A DNA stretch of 47,709 nucleotides from an uncultured Desulfurellales bacterium (GTDB lineage: Bacteria > Campylobacterota_A > Desulfurellia > Desulfurellales > Hippeaceae). Location: assembly GCA_964522785.1 (NCBI GenBank), contig CAZFWO010000001.1, positions 32,850 through 80,558 on the forward strand, given 5' to 3'. The translations under genes and the position numbers were made by a program. This document shows positions 31,545 to 40,151 of the stretch, in pieces (position 1 is the first letter of the stretch; the number at the start of each line of letters is the position of its first letter). Below the pieces are notes generated by a model, which saw only the letters and a list, made by a program, of their open reading frames with translations, ran no database searches and was not told the DNA's origin.

Positions 31545-31675
31545 TTTACATTATGTAAACTTCCTTTAAAAGAAATTTACATAATGTAGAACATAAACTT
31601 CCTTTAAGGTTTACATAATGTACAACATAGACTTCCTTTAAGGCTTAACATGTAGAACATAGACTTCCTTAAAAA
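31545..31675. repeat. four head-to-tail ~34-bp repeat units, each beginning with a TTTACAT-N-ATGTAAA-type palindrome
   Basis: The units are 31545-31575, 31576-31609, 31610-31643 and 31644-31675. Units 2 and 3 differ at 2 of 34 positions. The consensus is TTTACATAATGTAGAACATAGACTTCCTTTAAGG. Confidence 0.9.
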
Positions 31676-31682
31676 TGCTTAG

Positions 31683-31828
31683 TGTTCCTTAGTATGCTTA
31701 ATGAGCAAATAAAGGATGAATTCCTCACCATCCATTTTATAAATAAACTTTGTATTTCTTGATATCCTGTATATCAAGAATGGATGGCGAGGAAGAAGGA
31801 CATTGCTCATTAAGCATACTAAGGAACA
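31683..31828. repeat. long imperfect palindrome / hairpin (~146 nt): candidate structured RNA or MITE-like element
   Basis: A perfect 25-bp outer stem pairs 31684-31708 with 31803-31827. A 16-bp middle stem pairs 31721-31736 with 31779-31794, with one A/C mismatch that becomes G-U on the minus strand. An apical 10-bp hairpin pairs 31756-31765 with 31771-31780. Confidence 0.8.
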
Positions 31829-31927
31829 AGATTGCCTTATTTTACCTAATACTTAATACTTAAATTAAACTTTATAAGACCACTGCGTAATCCATATTTC
31901 TTATCAAGTTCTCGAAACGAATATGAT

Positions 31928-31993
31928 CCAGCACCTATTTTTGTGAATAAAGTTTTCAAGAAAATAAAAGTTTTTTACGAAAATAGGTGCTGG
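31928..31993 (-). repeat. dispersed hairpin repeat, copy 1 (14-bp stem, 38-nt loop)
   Basis: CCAGCACCTATTTT (31928-31941) pairs with AAAATAGGTGCTGG (31980-31993). The reverse complement matches the copy at 47552-47619, stem and loop. Confidence 0.85.
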
Positions 31994-32034
31994 GTAGATA
32001 ACCTAATTACCCAAAACCCAAAAATTAAAATCTT

Positions 32035-32952
32035 TTATCGACTATCTGCAACCTTCTGCGCTAAACTGTTCCAAACAATAGAACCTATTGCCTTTTCTCT
32101 TGATGGATTTTTTGCTATCTCATAGGCATGCCTGTTGCTCACCAATTTTTTTACCAATTTATTGTTTAAATCATGCCCGGACCTGTATGCAATATATTTG
32201 CCCTTTATGTCAAATCCTAATATAGATAAATCTCCTATGGCATCAAGCACTTTATGTCTTACAAACTCATCTTCATATCTCAAGGGATCTTCATTTATGA
32301 TTCCATAATCGTCTACAACAACAGCATTATCCAAGCTGCCGCCCAGCGCAAGATTGTTGGCTTGTAAATATTCTATATCCTTTAAAAATCCGAATGTTCT
32401 TGCTTTGCTTATTTCCTTTATAAAGTTATACTCATTCACCGTCAAATTTATTCTTTGTTTGCCTATAAAAGAATTGTCAAATTTGATTGAGTAATTTATT
32501 TCAAAATCCTTGGAAGGAATTAGTGCTGCAAACTTACCATTTTCTCTTATTGTTACAGGTCTTTTTATGATTATGACCTTTTTGTATGCATTTTGTTCGA
32601 CAATGCCCACCGTTTTTATTAGATATACCCATGGTGCAGCAGACCCATCCATTATAGGAATTTCTTCGCCCTTAACTCTTACAATTACATTATCTACGTG
32701 TAAGGCAAAAAAAGTTGACAAAAGATGCTCAACTGTCTTTATTATTCCACCATTTTTCCCCATAGTTGTTGCAAGTTGTGTGTCTATAACATTTTCTACT
32801 GTGGCCTCTATCTCTGTTTTATTGTTTTCATCAATAAAAACAATGCCCGTATTTTCATTGGCAGGTTCGAGTGCTATCTCAATTTTTTTACCGCTGTGCA
32901 GACCTATTCCTGAAGCCTTTATCGTATCTCCAATAGTTCTCTGTTTTCTCAC
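32035..32952 (-). CDS. lpxC: UDP-3-O-acyl-N-acetylglucosamine deacetylase
   Basis: SGIGLHSGKKI N-terminus and the FVRHKVLDAIGDLSILG block. Confidence 0.95.
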   Translation of the reverse strand: MRKQRTIGDTIKASGIGLHSGKKIEIALEPANENTGIVFIDENNKTEIEATVENVIDTQLATTMGKNGGIIKTVEHLLSTFFALHVDNVIVRVKGEEIPIMDGSAAPWVYLIKTVGIVEQNAYKKVIIIKRPVTIRENGKFAALIPSKDFEINYSIKFDNSFIGKQRINLTVNEYNFIKEISKARTFGFLKDIEYLQANNLALGGSLDNAVVVDDYGIINEDPLRYEDEFVRHKVLDAIGDLSILGFDIKGKYIAYRSGHDLNNKLVKKLVSNRHAYEIAKNPSREKAIGSIVWNSLAQKVADSR

Positions 32953-32963
32953 AAAGCACCTCT

Positions 32964-34088
32964 TTAATTTTTTTGGACTATAGATGCAAATTTTTGAAAA
33001 AGATATTCGGCATCATGGGGTCCTGGTGATGCTTCGGGATGATATTGAATAGACATTATAGGTAATTCCCTATGTTTTATGCCTTCAATAGTCCTATCAT
33101 TTAAATTTATGTGTGTAACCAAAAAACCTTTCTTGTCCAAATTTTCCTTACCAATTGCATAGTTATGGTTTTGAGCTGTTACGGATATTTTGCCATTTTC
33201 TAAATCCTTTACAGGATGGTTGCCTCCATGATGACCAAATTTCATCTTATATATACTAAGTCCAAAACATCTTGCTATAATTTGATGCCCAAAACATATG
33301 CCAAATGTAGGTATTTGATGTATGACTTTAGTATATTCTTTTATCCATTTTTGCTCTATTCCTCTTGGATCCCCGGGACCATTAGATAAAAATAGAGCGT
33401 CGGGGTTGTGCGAAATTATCTCTTCGTATGTACTATAGGCTGATATGACAGTAACATTAAAACCAACAGAGTATAAGTACCTTAATATATTTTTCTTTAC
33501 ACCGAAATCCAACACCACAACCTTTTTGTTGTGGTTTAAAACATTTAGTGTTTTTTCTTTTTGAAATTCGAAATTGAACAAATTGTCGCTAAATTCGTAT
33601 GGATTATTCGTTGTGACATATTGAACCATATCCTTTCCAACTATAGAATAATTTTTTATTATTTTTTTTATTTTTTCTACATCATTATCGGCAGTCGATA
33701 TGGCTCCTATCAAAGAGCCGCTTTTTCTTATGATTTTTGTCAATTTTCTTGTATCTATATTCTCTATACCTGTAATACCGTTTATTTTAAGATATTCATC
33801 GAGTGTTTTTTCCTCTCTGAAATTTGATGCGATTCGCGACAGTTCCTTTATTATAAAACCCTCTACGTATAGCCTGTTGCTCTCTTCGTCATATCTATTA
33901 ATCCCGTAATTACCTATTTCAGGATAGGTCATTGTGACTATCTGACCTTTATACGAAGGATCGGTAAGTATCTCTTGATATCCGCTCATGCTTGTATTAA
34001 ATACAACTTCACCTATAGATGTGCCTTCGTGGCCAAATATATTCCCCCTGAACAATTCACCATTTTCCAATAATAGATAACCGTTCAT
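32964..34088 (-). CDS. carA: carbamoyl-phosphate synthase small (glutaminase) subunit
   Basis: CarA N-domain (TSMSGYQEILTDPSYKGQIVTMTYPEIGNYG) and the GATase Cys-His block FGICFGHQ...QYHPEA. Confidence 0.95.
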   Translation of the reverse strand: MNGYLLLENGELFRGNIFGHEGTSIGEVVFNTSMSGYQEILTDPSYKGQIVTMTYPEIGNYGINRYDEESNRLYVEGFIIKELSRIASNFREEKTLDEYLKINGITGIENIDTRKLTKIIRKSGSLIGAISTADNDVEKIKKIIKNYSIVGKDMVQYVTTNNPYEFSDNLFNFEFQKEKTLNVLNHNKKVVVLDFGVKKNILRYLYSVGFNVTVISAYSTYEEIISHNPDALFLSNGPGDPRGIEQKWIKEYTKVIHQIPTFGICFGHQIIARCFGLSIYKMKFGHHGGNHPVKDLENGKISVTAQNHNYAIGKENLDKKGFLVTHINLNDRTIEGIKHRELPIMSIQYHPEASPGPHDAEYLFQKFASIVQKN

Positions 34089-34363
34089 TTTAGCAATCTC
34101 TTACTCATTTCCTCTTCGTATGTTTTATTGAAGGCTATTTCCCACTCTACGCTGCCCGGAATGAGTTTTTTTGTCCTCTTTTGAAGACTATCCATAACAA
34201 TATCGTAGACCTCATCTTCTGATGAAAAGTAACTCTCCATTGTATCTATTATGTTATTTACAACCAAGTTATCCTGAGATATTACATTAAAGATATTTTC
34301 TTCTTTACATCTATCTAATATTTTTTTTGCCAAATATCTTATTCTGTTTTTGCCATATCTCAT
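34085..34363 (-). CDS. small conserved protein, DUF507-like (92 aa)
   Basis: Small charged ORF with a C-terminal PGSVEWEIAFNKTYEEE pattern that I associate with DUF507. ATGA overlaps on both sides. Confidence 0.6.
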   Translation of the reverse strand: MRYGKNRIRYLAKKILDRCKEENIFNVISQDNLVVNNIIDTMESYFSSEDEVYDIVMDSLQKRTKKLIPGSVEWEIAFNKTYEEEMSKRLLK

Positions 34364-34641
34364 AGTAAAAAACCTTCTTTCTTTGCCACTTTTCTTTTAG
34401 CCATCATAAATAATTTTGAACTGTCAAGCTTTTCGCCTTCTATCTCTTTTGAGAATTCTCCGAGTAGTTCTTTTGTTTTTATATCCACATCCCTTTCTTT
34501 TTGGATGTCGTCAAGCAAAATATCTCTAACTACCGATCTTATTGTGGCAATATCTCTGTTGATTTTTATATGTCCGGAATTTATGAGATTAGTAGCAATT
34601 TTATCTGCCAAAAGTTCTACCTCAATTTTTTTAAGTGCCAT
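34360..34641 (-). CDS. small conserved protein, DUF507-like (93 aa)
   Basis: Same size and helical charged pattern as the neighbour (LADKIATNLINSGHIKI...VVRDILLDDIQKERDVD). It is coupled to the downstream paralogue. Confidence 0.6.
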   Translation of the reverse strand: MALKKIEVELLADKIATNLINSGHIKINRDIATIRSVVRDILLDDIQKERDVDIKTKELLGEFSKEIEGEKLDSSKLFMMAKRKVAKKEGFLL

Positions 34642-34691
34642 AAATTAACTCCATTTCTTTATACATAAATCTGAGAAAAAACTCAAACTTT

Positions 34692-35279
34692 TTATATTTT
34701 TAATTTCCTTTCCTCCCTAAAGTAGAAGCGCTTTATATTTTCTTTATGCTTAAATATCATTAACACAAATAAAAATAGAAAAACATACTTTGCATTTCCG
34801 TTACAAAGCAAAAAGCATGCCGTTGTAGATATACCAAAGGACAGTATTGCCGCTACCGATGAATATTTCGTAGTAGAAAGAATAATCAACCATATAGCCA
34901 TACCTATAGCTGAAGCACTAAACGATAAAGCCAAAGTTGATCCATATGTAGTTGCAACACCTTTACCGCCCCTGAATTTTAGAAATATACTAAAATCGTG
35001 ACCCAATGAAACAGATATAGCAGATATATACAAAGATATTAAATCATTGTCTGCAATCAATTTGACTGCCGAGACACACATAAAACCCTTTAGCAAATCC
35101 AACAATAGCGTTGTTATGCCATATTTTTTGCCTATGGTTCTATAAACATTTGTTGCACCTATATTTCCACTACCATATTTTCTTATATCGATACCCTTTG
35201 ATTTTGCCAATATATATCCGAAAGGCACACTTCCTACAATAAAAGATGTGACGGCGATAAATATTCTATAGATTTCCAT
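34692..35279 (-). CDS. plsY: glycerol-3-phosphate acyltransferase PlsY
   Basis: GSGNIGATNVYRT motif in a polytopic protein of ~195 aa. Confidence 0.92.
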   Translation of the reverse strand: MEIYRIFIAVTSFIVGSVPFGYILAKSKGIDIRKYGSGNIGATNVYRTIGKKYGITTLLLDLLKGFMCVSAVKLIADNDLISLYISAISVSLGHDFSIFLKFRGGKGVATTYGSTLALSFSASAIGMAIWLIILSTTKYSSVAAILSFGISTTACFLLCNGNAKYVFLFLFVLMIFKHKENIKRFYFREERKLKI

Positions 35280-35288
35280 TGTTTATAT

Positions 35289-36422
35289 TTAAGAGTCTTC
35301 CACTTTTTTTCTTCTTATAAAGGCTGGTATGTCGTATTCTCCATCTATCGGCATATCGGATTCCTTTTTTATTTGCGATATCGTTTTTTGGTCAATCTTT
35401 AAATTGTTTGTTGATACATAATTCTTTTTTGATAGGTTTTCCCTTATATTATTTCCGAACCCGGTAGCTATGATTGTTATCCTGACTTTATCGCCTAAGG
35501 TTTCATCTAAAACAAAACCGTATTTAAAGATAGCCCTGTCGTTCATATTTTTTTCTACTGTAGATGTGGCTTCGTCAAGCTCCTCCAATCCAAAATTTTT
35601 GCTTGCTGTTATGTTCATTATTATGCCCTTTGCACCTTTTATATTCGCATTTTCTAATAAAGGATTCGATATTGCTATTTCGGTTGCTCTTTTAACCCTA
35701 TTTTCTCCACTTCCTGCGCTTGCCTCTCCTATGCCCATCAAGGCAACACCTTTTTCTCCCATTATTGTCTGCACATCAGCAAAATCTATGTTTACGACAA
35801 TCTGGGCGCTGTCTGATGGCTTATGTATAAGGTCAACTATACTTTGCACCGCTTGCCTTAGCACATCGTCTACTTTTTTAAAGGCATCTAAAAGCGTTAA
35901 GTTTCTATATACATCAAGCAATTTCTGATTTGGTATAATGATAATGCTGTCTACATTTTTTTTCAGTTCTTCAATTCCTTCAAGCGCTATTTTTTTCTTT
36001 ATCTTACCTTCTACGTCAAATGGTTTTGTTACAACGCCTATGGTTAATGCACCAAGTTCTTTTGCCACTTTGGCAATAACAGGAGACGCGCCTGTTCCTG
36101 TGCCTCCCCCCATACCGGCAGCCACAAAAACCATATCTGCGCCCTTCAGAATGTTCTCTATCTCATCCATATTTTCTTCAGCAGCTTTCCTGCCTTTCTC
36201 AGGATCGCTTCCTGCGCCAAGGCCTCTTGTAAGTTTTTTGCCCAACTGTACTTTAGTTTGAGCAAGGGATGAATTTAAAGCCTGTAGATCAGTATTTACG
36301 GTAATAAACTCTACATTTTTTATACCATGACCTATCATATTATTGATAGCATTGCTTCCTCCTCCACCAATTCCAATAACCTTTATTATAGCTCCGGAAT
36401 TATTGTTGCTGTCTTCCTTCAT
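35289..36422 (-). CDS. ftsZ: cell division protein FtsZ
   Basis: Tubulin signature [16 protein letters not shown] and the [15 protein letters not shown]-terminus. Confidence 0.98.
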   Translation of the reverse strand: MKEDSNNNSGAIIKVIGIGGGGSNAINNMIGHGIKNVEFITVNTDLQALNSSLAQTKVQLGKKLTRGLGAGSDPEKGRKAAEENMDEIENILKGADMVFVAAGMGGGTGTGASPVIAKVAKELGALTIGVVTKPFDVEGKIKKKIALEGIEELKKNVDSIIIIPNQKLLDVYRNLTLLDAFKKVDDVLRQAVQSIVDLIHKPSDSAQIVVNIDFADVQTIMGEKGVALMGIGEASAGSGENRVKRATEIAISNPLLENANIKGAKGIIMNITASKNFGLEELDEATSTVEKNMNDRAIFKYGFVLDETLGDKVRITIIATGFGNNIRENLSKKNYVSTNNLKIDQKTISQIKKESDMPIDGEYDIPAFIRRKKVEDS

Positions 36423-36436
36423 CTATTTAACCTCCA

Positions 36437-37690
36437 TTAAAACATGTCCTTAATCCAGCTTTTCATTTTTGATAAGATCAAAGAAAACATGCTGTCGTCC
36501 TTAAACGTACTATTGCGTGAAATATTGAGATTGTCCTCTTTTGAATTGTTAAAACCATATATAACCAAACCGACGCCTGTAGCATACATAGGATTATCGA
36601 CGGCATCCTTTAATCCCGTAACGCCAATGGGTCTACCCACTCTAACAGGAAGATTAAAGACAGACTCGGCAAGTTCTACAGCCCCTTCCATTAAAGCCGA
36701 ACCACCTGTCAATACCACTCCTGATGCCAACATAGGCAGTATATTGACTTTATCCAAACTGTCTTTCACTATGGAGAATATTTCTTCCATTCTTGGTTCT
36801 ACAATTTCGCTTAACATCTTTTTTTGTATATTTCTGGGTTTTCTATCACCCATACCTGGTATTTCTACTATTTCATCATCTTCAACAATATCTGTAAGAG
36901 CGCATCCATACTTCTTTTTTATTTCTTCAGCCTCTTTAAAGGGTGTCCTTAAGCCTATTGCAAGATCGTTGGTTATGTGATCTCCTCCTATAGATATGAC
37001 GGAAGTGTGTTTTATAGCATTAGAAACAAATACGGCAACATCTGTTGTACCACCACCTATATCAATCAAGCCTACTCCAAGATCCTTTTCTTCGGGTAAA
37101 ATAGCTGCTTGGCTGGATGCTATGGGCTGTAAAACTATATTTTCTACACTAAGTCCTGCTTTTTGACAACATTTAACTATATTTTGAACATTTGTTACTG
37201 ATCCTGTTACTATGTGTACTTTAACTTCAAGTCTTGTGCCGCTCATACCGCGTGGGTCCTTAATGCCAGATTGGTCATCGACAATAAACTCTTGCGGTAT
37301 TATGTGAATAATCTCTCTATCCGGCGGTATTGCTACTGCTTTGGCGGCATCTATTACACGTCTTATGTCTGACTCTGATACCTCGAGATTTTTTATTGCT
37401 ACAACACCGTTTGAATTGTGTGAGCGTATATGTCCACCTGCAATACCGGTATAGACACTGTTTATTTTTGTTCCGCTCATTCTTTCTGCATAGGCTACTG
37501 CTCTTTTAATTGAAAGCACCGCCTCGTCTATATTTATCACAACGCCTTTTCTCAATCCTTTTGAAGGTGATTGACCTATACCTATAATTTTAATTTTACC
37601 CTCGGGCGTTTTTGAACCCATAATAGCACATACCTTAGTAGTGCCTATGTCCAAGCCAACAACTACACCATCACTATTTACTTCCGCCAC
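36437..37690 (-). CDS. ftsA: cell division protein FtsA
   Basis: Actin-fold phosphate loops VGLDIGTTKV and LIDIGGGTTDVAV, positioned between ftsQ and ftsZ. Confidence 0.97.
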   Translation of the reverse strand: MAEVNSDGVVVGLDIGTTKVCAIMGSKTPEGKIKIIGIGQSPSKGLRKGVVINIDEAVLSIKRAVAYAERMSGTKINSVYTGIAGGHIRSHNSNGVVAIKNLEVSESDIRRVIDAAKAVAIPPDREIIHIIPQEFIVDDQSGIKDPRGMSGTRLEVKVHIVTGSVTNVQNIVKCCQKAGLSVENIVLQPIASSQAAILPEEKDLGVGLIDIGGGTTDVAVFVSNAIKHTSVISIGGDHITNDLAIGLRTPFKEAEEIKKKYGCALTDIVEDDEIVEIPGMGDRKPRNIQKKMLSEIVEPRMEEIFSIVKDSLDKVNILPMLASGVVLTGGSALMEGAVELAESVFNLPVRVGRPIGVTGLKDAVDNPMYATGVGLVIYGFNNSKEDNLNISRNSTFKDDSMFSLILSKMKSWIKDMF

Positions 37691-38462
37691 TTTTTTTCTC
37701 CTTTTTCCACCTTAATACAAATTTATTTGAAAAACAAATACTAACACTCTCAAGCCTGTCTTTTTTATTTACAAGGTTAAGCCACTCTTTTTTTAGATGA
37801 CCAAAAGCTACATCTGGACAATGTAAACTATTAACAACAACATTAAGCGAATTTGAAAAATGCACAAGCTGATAACTATCCGATATAACCTCAATATAAT
37901 TTATTTTATCAAATTTGTCTAATTTTTCATATATTTTTAAGATGGATTTTATTAAAAAATTTTCTTTCATATACATAGAATTTTTTAAGACAATGTGAGG
38001 GAGCAAATCCGGTTTTATATTCAGTGTTTTTTGATATCTATCTATTATGTTTCCATCACTGTCTACAAGAAATACATTGTTTTTAAACAGCAGAATGCCG
38101 CATGGCTTTCGTTCCTTAATTTTTATGTATATGGTATCAGGATATATTTTTGCCACGCGGGCTTCTTTAATCCATGGATTTAGCATAAGTTTGGAATATA
38201 TATCTTTTTCTTTATATCTATCCATGGCTATAGCGTTGTTTGTTAATGTAATATTTCTTATCTGTTTGGAGCTTAGAATCTTGTTTCCGCCTATAACAAC
38301 ATATTTTAAAATACTATATTTGTCGGTATATTTTGTATAAAAATAGATGGAAGCAAAAACAGTACTTGAAAATACAACAGCAATAAGAAAAAAACCTATA
38401 ATTTTTATCCAGTTTTTACCTTTATCTACTTTCTTCTGATTTGAATCTTTATAATCTATCAT
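37674..38462 (-). CDS. ftsQ: cell division protein FtsQ (TM + POTRA)
   Basis: An N-terminal TM (IIGFFLIAVVFSSTVFASIYF) followed by a POTRA-like region (VVIGGNKILSSKQI), positioned between ddl and ftsA. Confidence 0.85.
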   Translation of the reverse strand: MIDYKDSNQKKVDKGKNWIKIIGFFLIAVVFSSTVFASIYFYTKYTDKYSILKYVVIGGNKILSSKQIRNITLTNNAIAMDRYKEKDIYSKLMLNPWIKEARVAKIYPDTIYIKIKERKPCGILLFKNNVFLVDSDGNIIDRYQKTLNIKPDLLPHIVLKNSMYMKENFLIKSILKIYEKLDKFDKINYIEVISDSYQLVHFSNSLNVVVNSLHCPDVAFGHLKKEWLNLVNKKDRLESVSICFSNKFVLRWKKEKKSGGSK

Positions 38463-39342
38463 TTCCCTCTACTATAAATTTAACCAATTCCTTAAAGTTA
38501 ATACCATAAGATTTCGCCGCTTTCGGCACAAGGCTCGTTTCTGTCATGCCCGGTACTGTGTTGATTTCAAGCACATAGGGCACATTATTCTTTAACAAAA
38601 TATCTACCCTTGCAATTGAAGAACAGCCTAAAGATCTGTAGGCTTCATATGCCGTCTTTTTACATAATTGCTCAACGTTTTTGTCCAATCTTGCAGGAAC
38701 TACATACTCCGTAGAGCCTTTGGTGTATTTATTTTTATAATCATAAAAACCCTTTTTTGGTCTTATTTCTATTATAGGAAGGATTGTTTTATTTAAAATA
38801 CTAACCGTTAGCTCCTTGCCGTCTATCTTTTCTTCGGCTATTATCTCTTTAAATCCATTGAGCAGGTGAGAAATTTTCTGCAGAGTTTCATTTTTATTAT
38901 AAGCAAACTCCACACCTATTGATGAACCCTCTCTATTGGGTTTTAAACAAACAGGATAAAAATCTATTTTTCCTATATCGCCTTCACTCTTCACCAAAAC
39001 AGCTTTGGCTGTTGGTAGTCCTGAATTTTTCATTATGGATTTTGAGACAAATTTATTCATAGCACTACAGCTTGCTTCAAAGCCGGACCCGGTATAGCTT
39101 ATATCATACATATCCAAAGCAGCTTGCAATTCCCCGTTTTCTCCCCATCCACCATGAAGAGCTATAAAAACTTTATCGGCTTTACTGTTTATTATGGACC
39201 TTATACAATCCTGCTTTTTGTAGCACACTATGCATTCAACGTTATTAAAACTCATTTTTAAAGCATTAAATACAGCTTCACCACTTTTTAAAGATACATC
39301 CTTTTCCCTTGAGTTACCCCCACAAACAACCACTATTTTCAT
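38449..39342 (-). CDS. ddl: D-alanine--D-alanine ligase
   Basis: ALHGGWGENGELQAALD and LEINTVPGMTETS ATP-grasp blocks. Confidence 0.95.
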   Translation of the reverse strand: MKIVVVCGGNSREKDVSLKSGEAVFNALKMSFNNVECIVCYKKQDCIRSIINSKADKVFIALHGGWGENGELQAALDMYDISYTGSGFEASCSAMNKFVSKSIMKNSGLPTAKAVLVKSEGDIGKIDFYPVCLKPNREGSSIGVEFAYNKNETLQKISHLLNGFKEIIAEEKIDGKELTVSILNKTILPIIEIRPKKGFYDYKNKYTKGSTEYVVPARLDKNVEQLCKKTAYEAYRSLGCSSIARVDILLKNNVPYVLEINTVPGMTETSLVPKAAKSYGINFKELVKFIVEGNDRL

Positions 39343-40151
39343 ATGATTTGCACCTCTTCTTCAAGCTCTATGCCATAATTTTTTAATACCCTATTTTTTG
39401 CAATATCTATCAAAAACAGTATATCATCAATATTTGTCTCGTTGCTTCCTATAATATAGTTTGCATGTTTATGCGAGATAAAAGCACTATTTTTTCTCAT
39501 TCCTTTCAATTCAGAAAGCTCCAATAATTTTCCGGCATAACCGTTTTTCGGATTTTTAAAAACACTGCCGAAAGTATTTCTGATATGAGCGCTCTTTAAT
39601 CTCTTTTGAATATTGTTTTTGATTGTATTTTTTATATTTTCTCTATTTTCAATAGAATACTCAAAGCCAGCTTCTATCACCACGCATCCGTTTAGATTAC
39701 TTGTTCTATAATCAAAATTAAGTTGATTCTTTTTTAAAACTACAACTCCATAGTCTTTACAGAATATTTTTATATATAATATTTTGTCATATATAGAATG
39801 TCCAAATGCCCCGGCGTTCATCATAACCGCACCGCCTATCGTGGCGGGCATACCTGATAAAAATTCCAGAGATGATACCTTATTGCTGATTAAAAAATGC
39901 ATAAGCTTGGAGATTCTTAAAGCTCCCCCACAAACCAGTGTATTACCCTTTATCCCAACAAAGGCAAAATTATTTGAAAGTTGGCAAATGTTTGTTTGCC
40001 TGTTTTTTATCAGCAGATTGCTCCCGCCGCCTATTATGTAAAAATCTTTTAGTTTGTAGAGATCGTTAATATCTTCTATAATATTGATATCTATTAATCC
40101 GTACAGGTGTATAGTGGTTAATTTTCTCAAATCAGCTTTTTGGGTTATCAT
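39339..40151 (-). CDS. murB: UDP-N-acetylenolpyruvoylglucosamine reductase
   Basis: FAD-binding IIGGGSNLLI and the GSVFKNP block. Confidence 0.92.
   Translation of the reverse strand: MITQKADLRKLTTIHLYGLIDINIIEDINDLYKLKDFYIIGGGSNLLIKNRQTNICQLSNNFAFVGIKGNTLVCGGALRISKLMHFLISNKVSSLEFLSGMPATIGGAVMMNAGAFGHSIYDKILYIKIFCKDYGVVVLKKNQLNFDYRTSNLNGCVVIEAGFEYSIENRENIKNTIKNNIQKRLKSAHIRNTFGSVFKNPKNGYAGKLLELSELKGMRKNSAFISHKHANYIIGSNETNIDDILFLIDIAKNRVLKNYGIELEEEVQII

Noticed and set aside
31545-31675. CRISPR array interpretation of the 34-bp repeats
   Set aside because: The units are contiguous with no unique spacers between them, there are only about four copies, and no cas genes are in the window.
31683-31828. 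Integron attC site or recombination hairpin
   Set aside because: The outer ends read GTTCCTT...AAGGAAC, the opposite arrangement to RYYYAAC...GTTRRRY. No integrase or cassette structure is nearby.
31943-32125. 60-aa plus-strand ORF in the intergenic island
   Set aside because: It starts inside the hairpin repeat loop, runs antisense into the lpxC 3' end, has no RBS, and its sequence is low-complexity.
35470-36980. Plus-strand ORFs of 152, 107 and 178 aa
   Set aside because: They are antisense shadows of ftsZ and ftsA, which carry the canonical tubulin and actin signatures.
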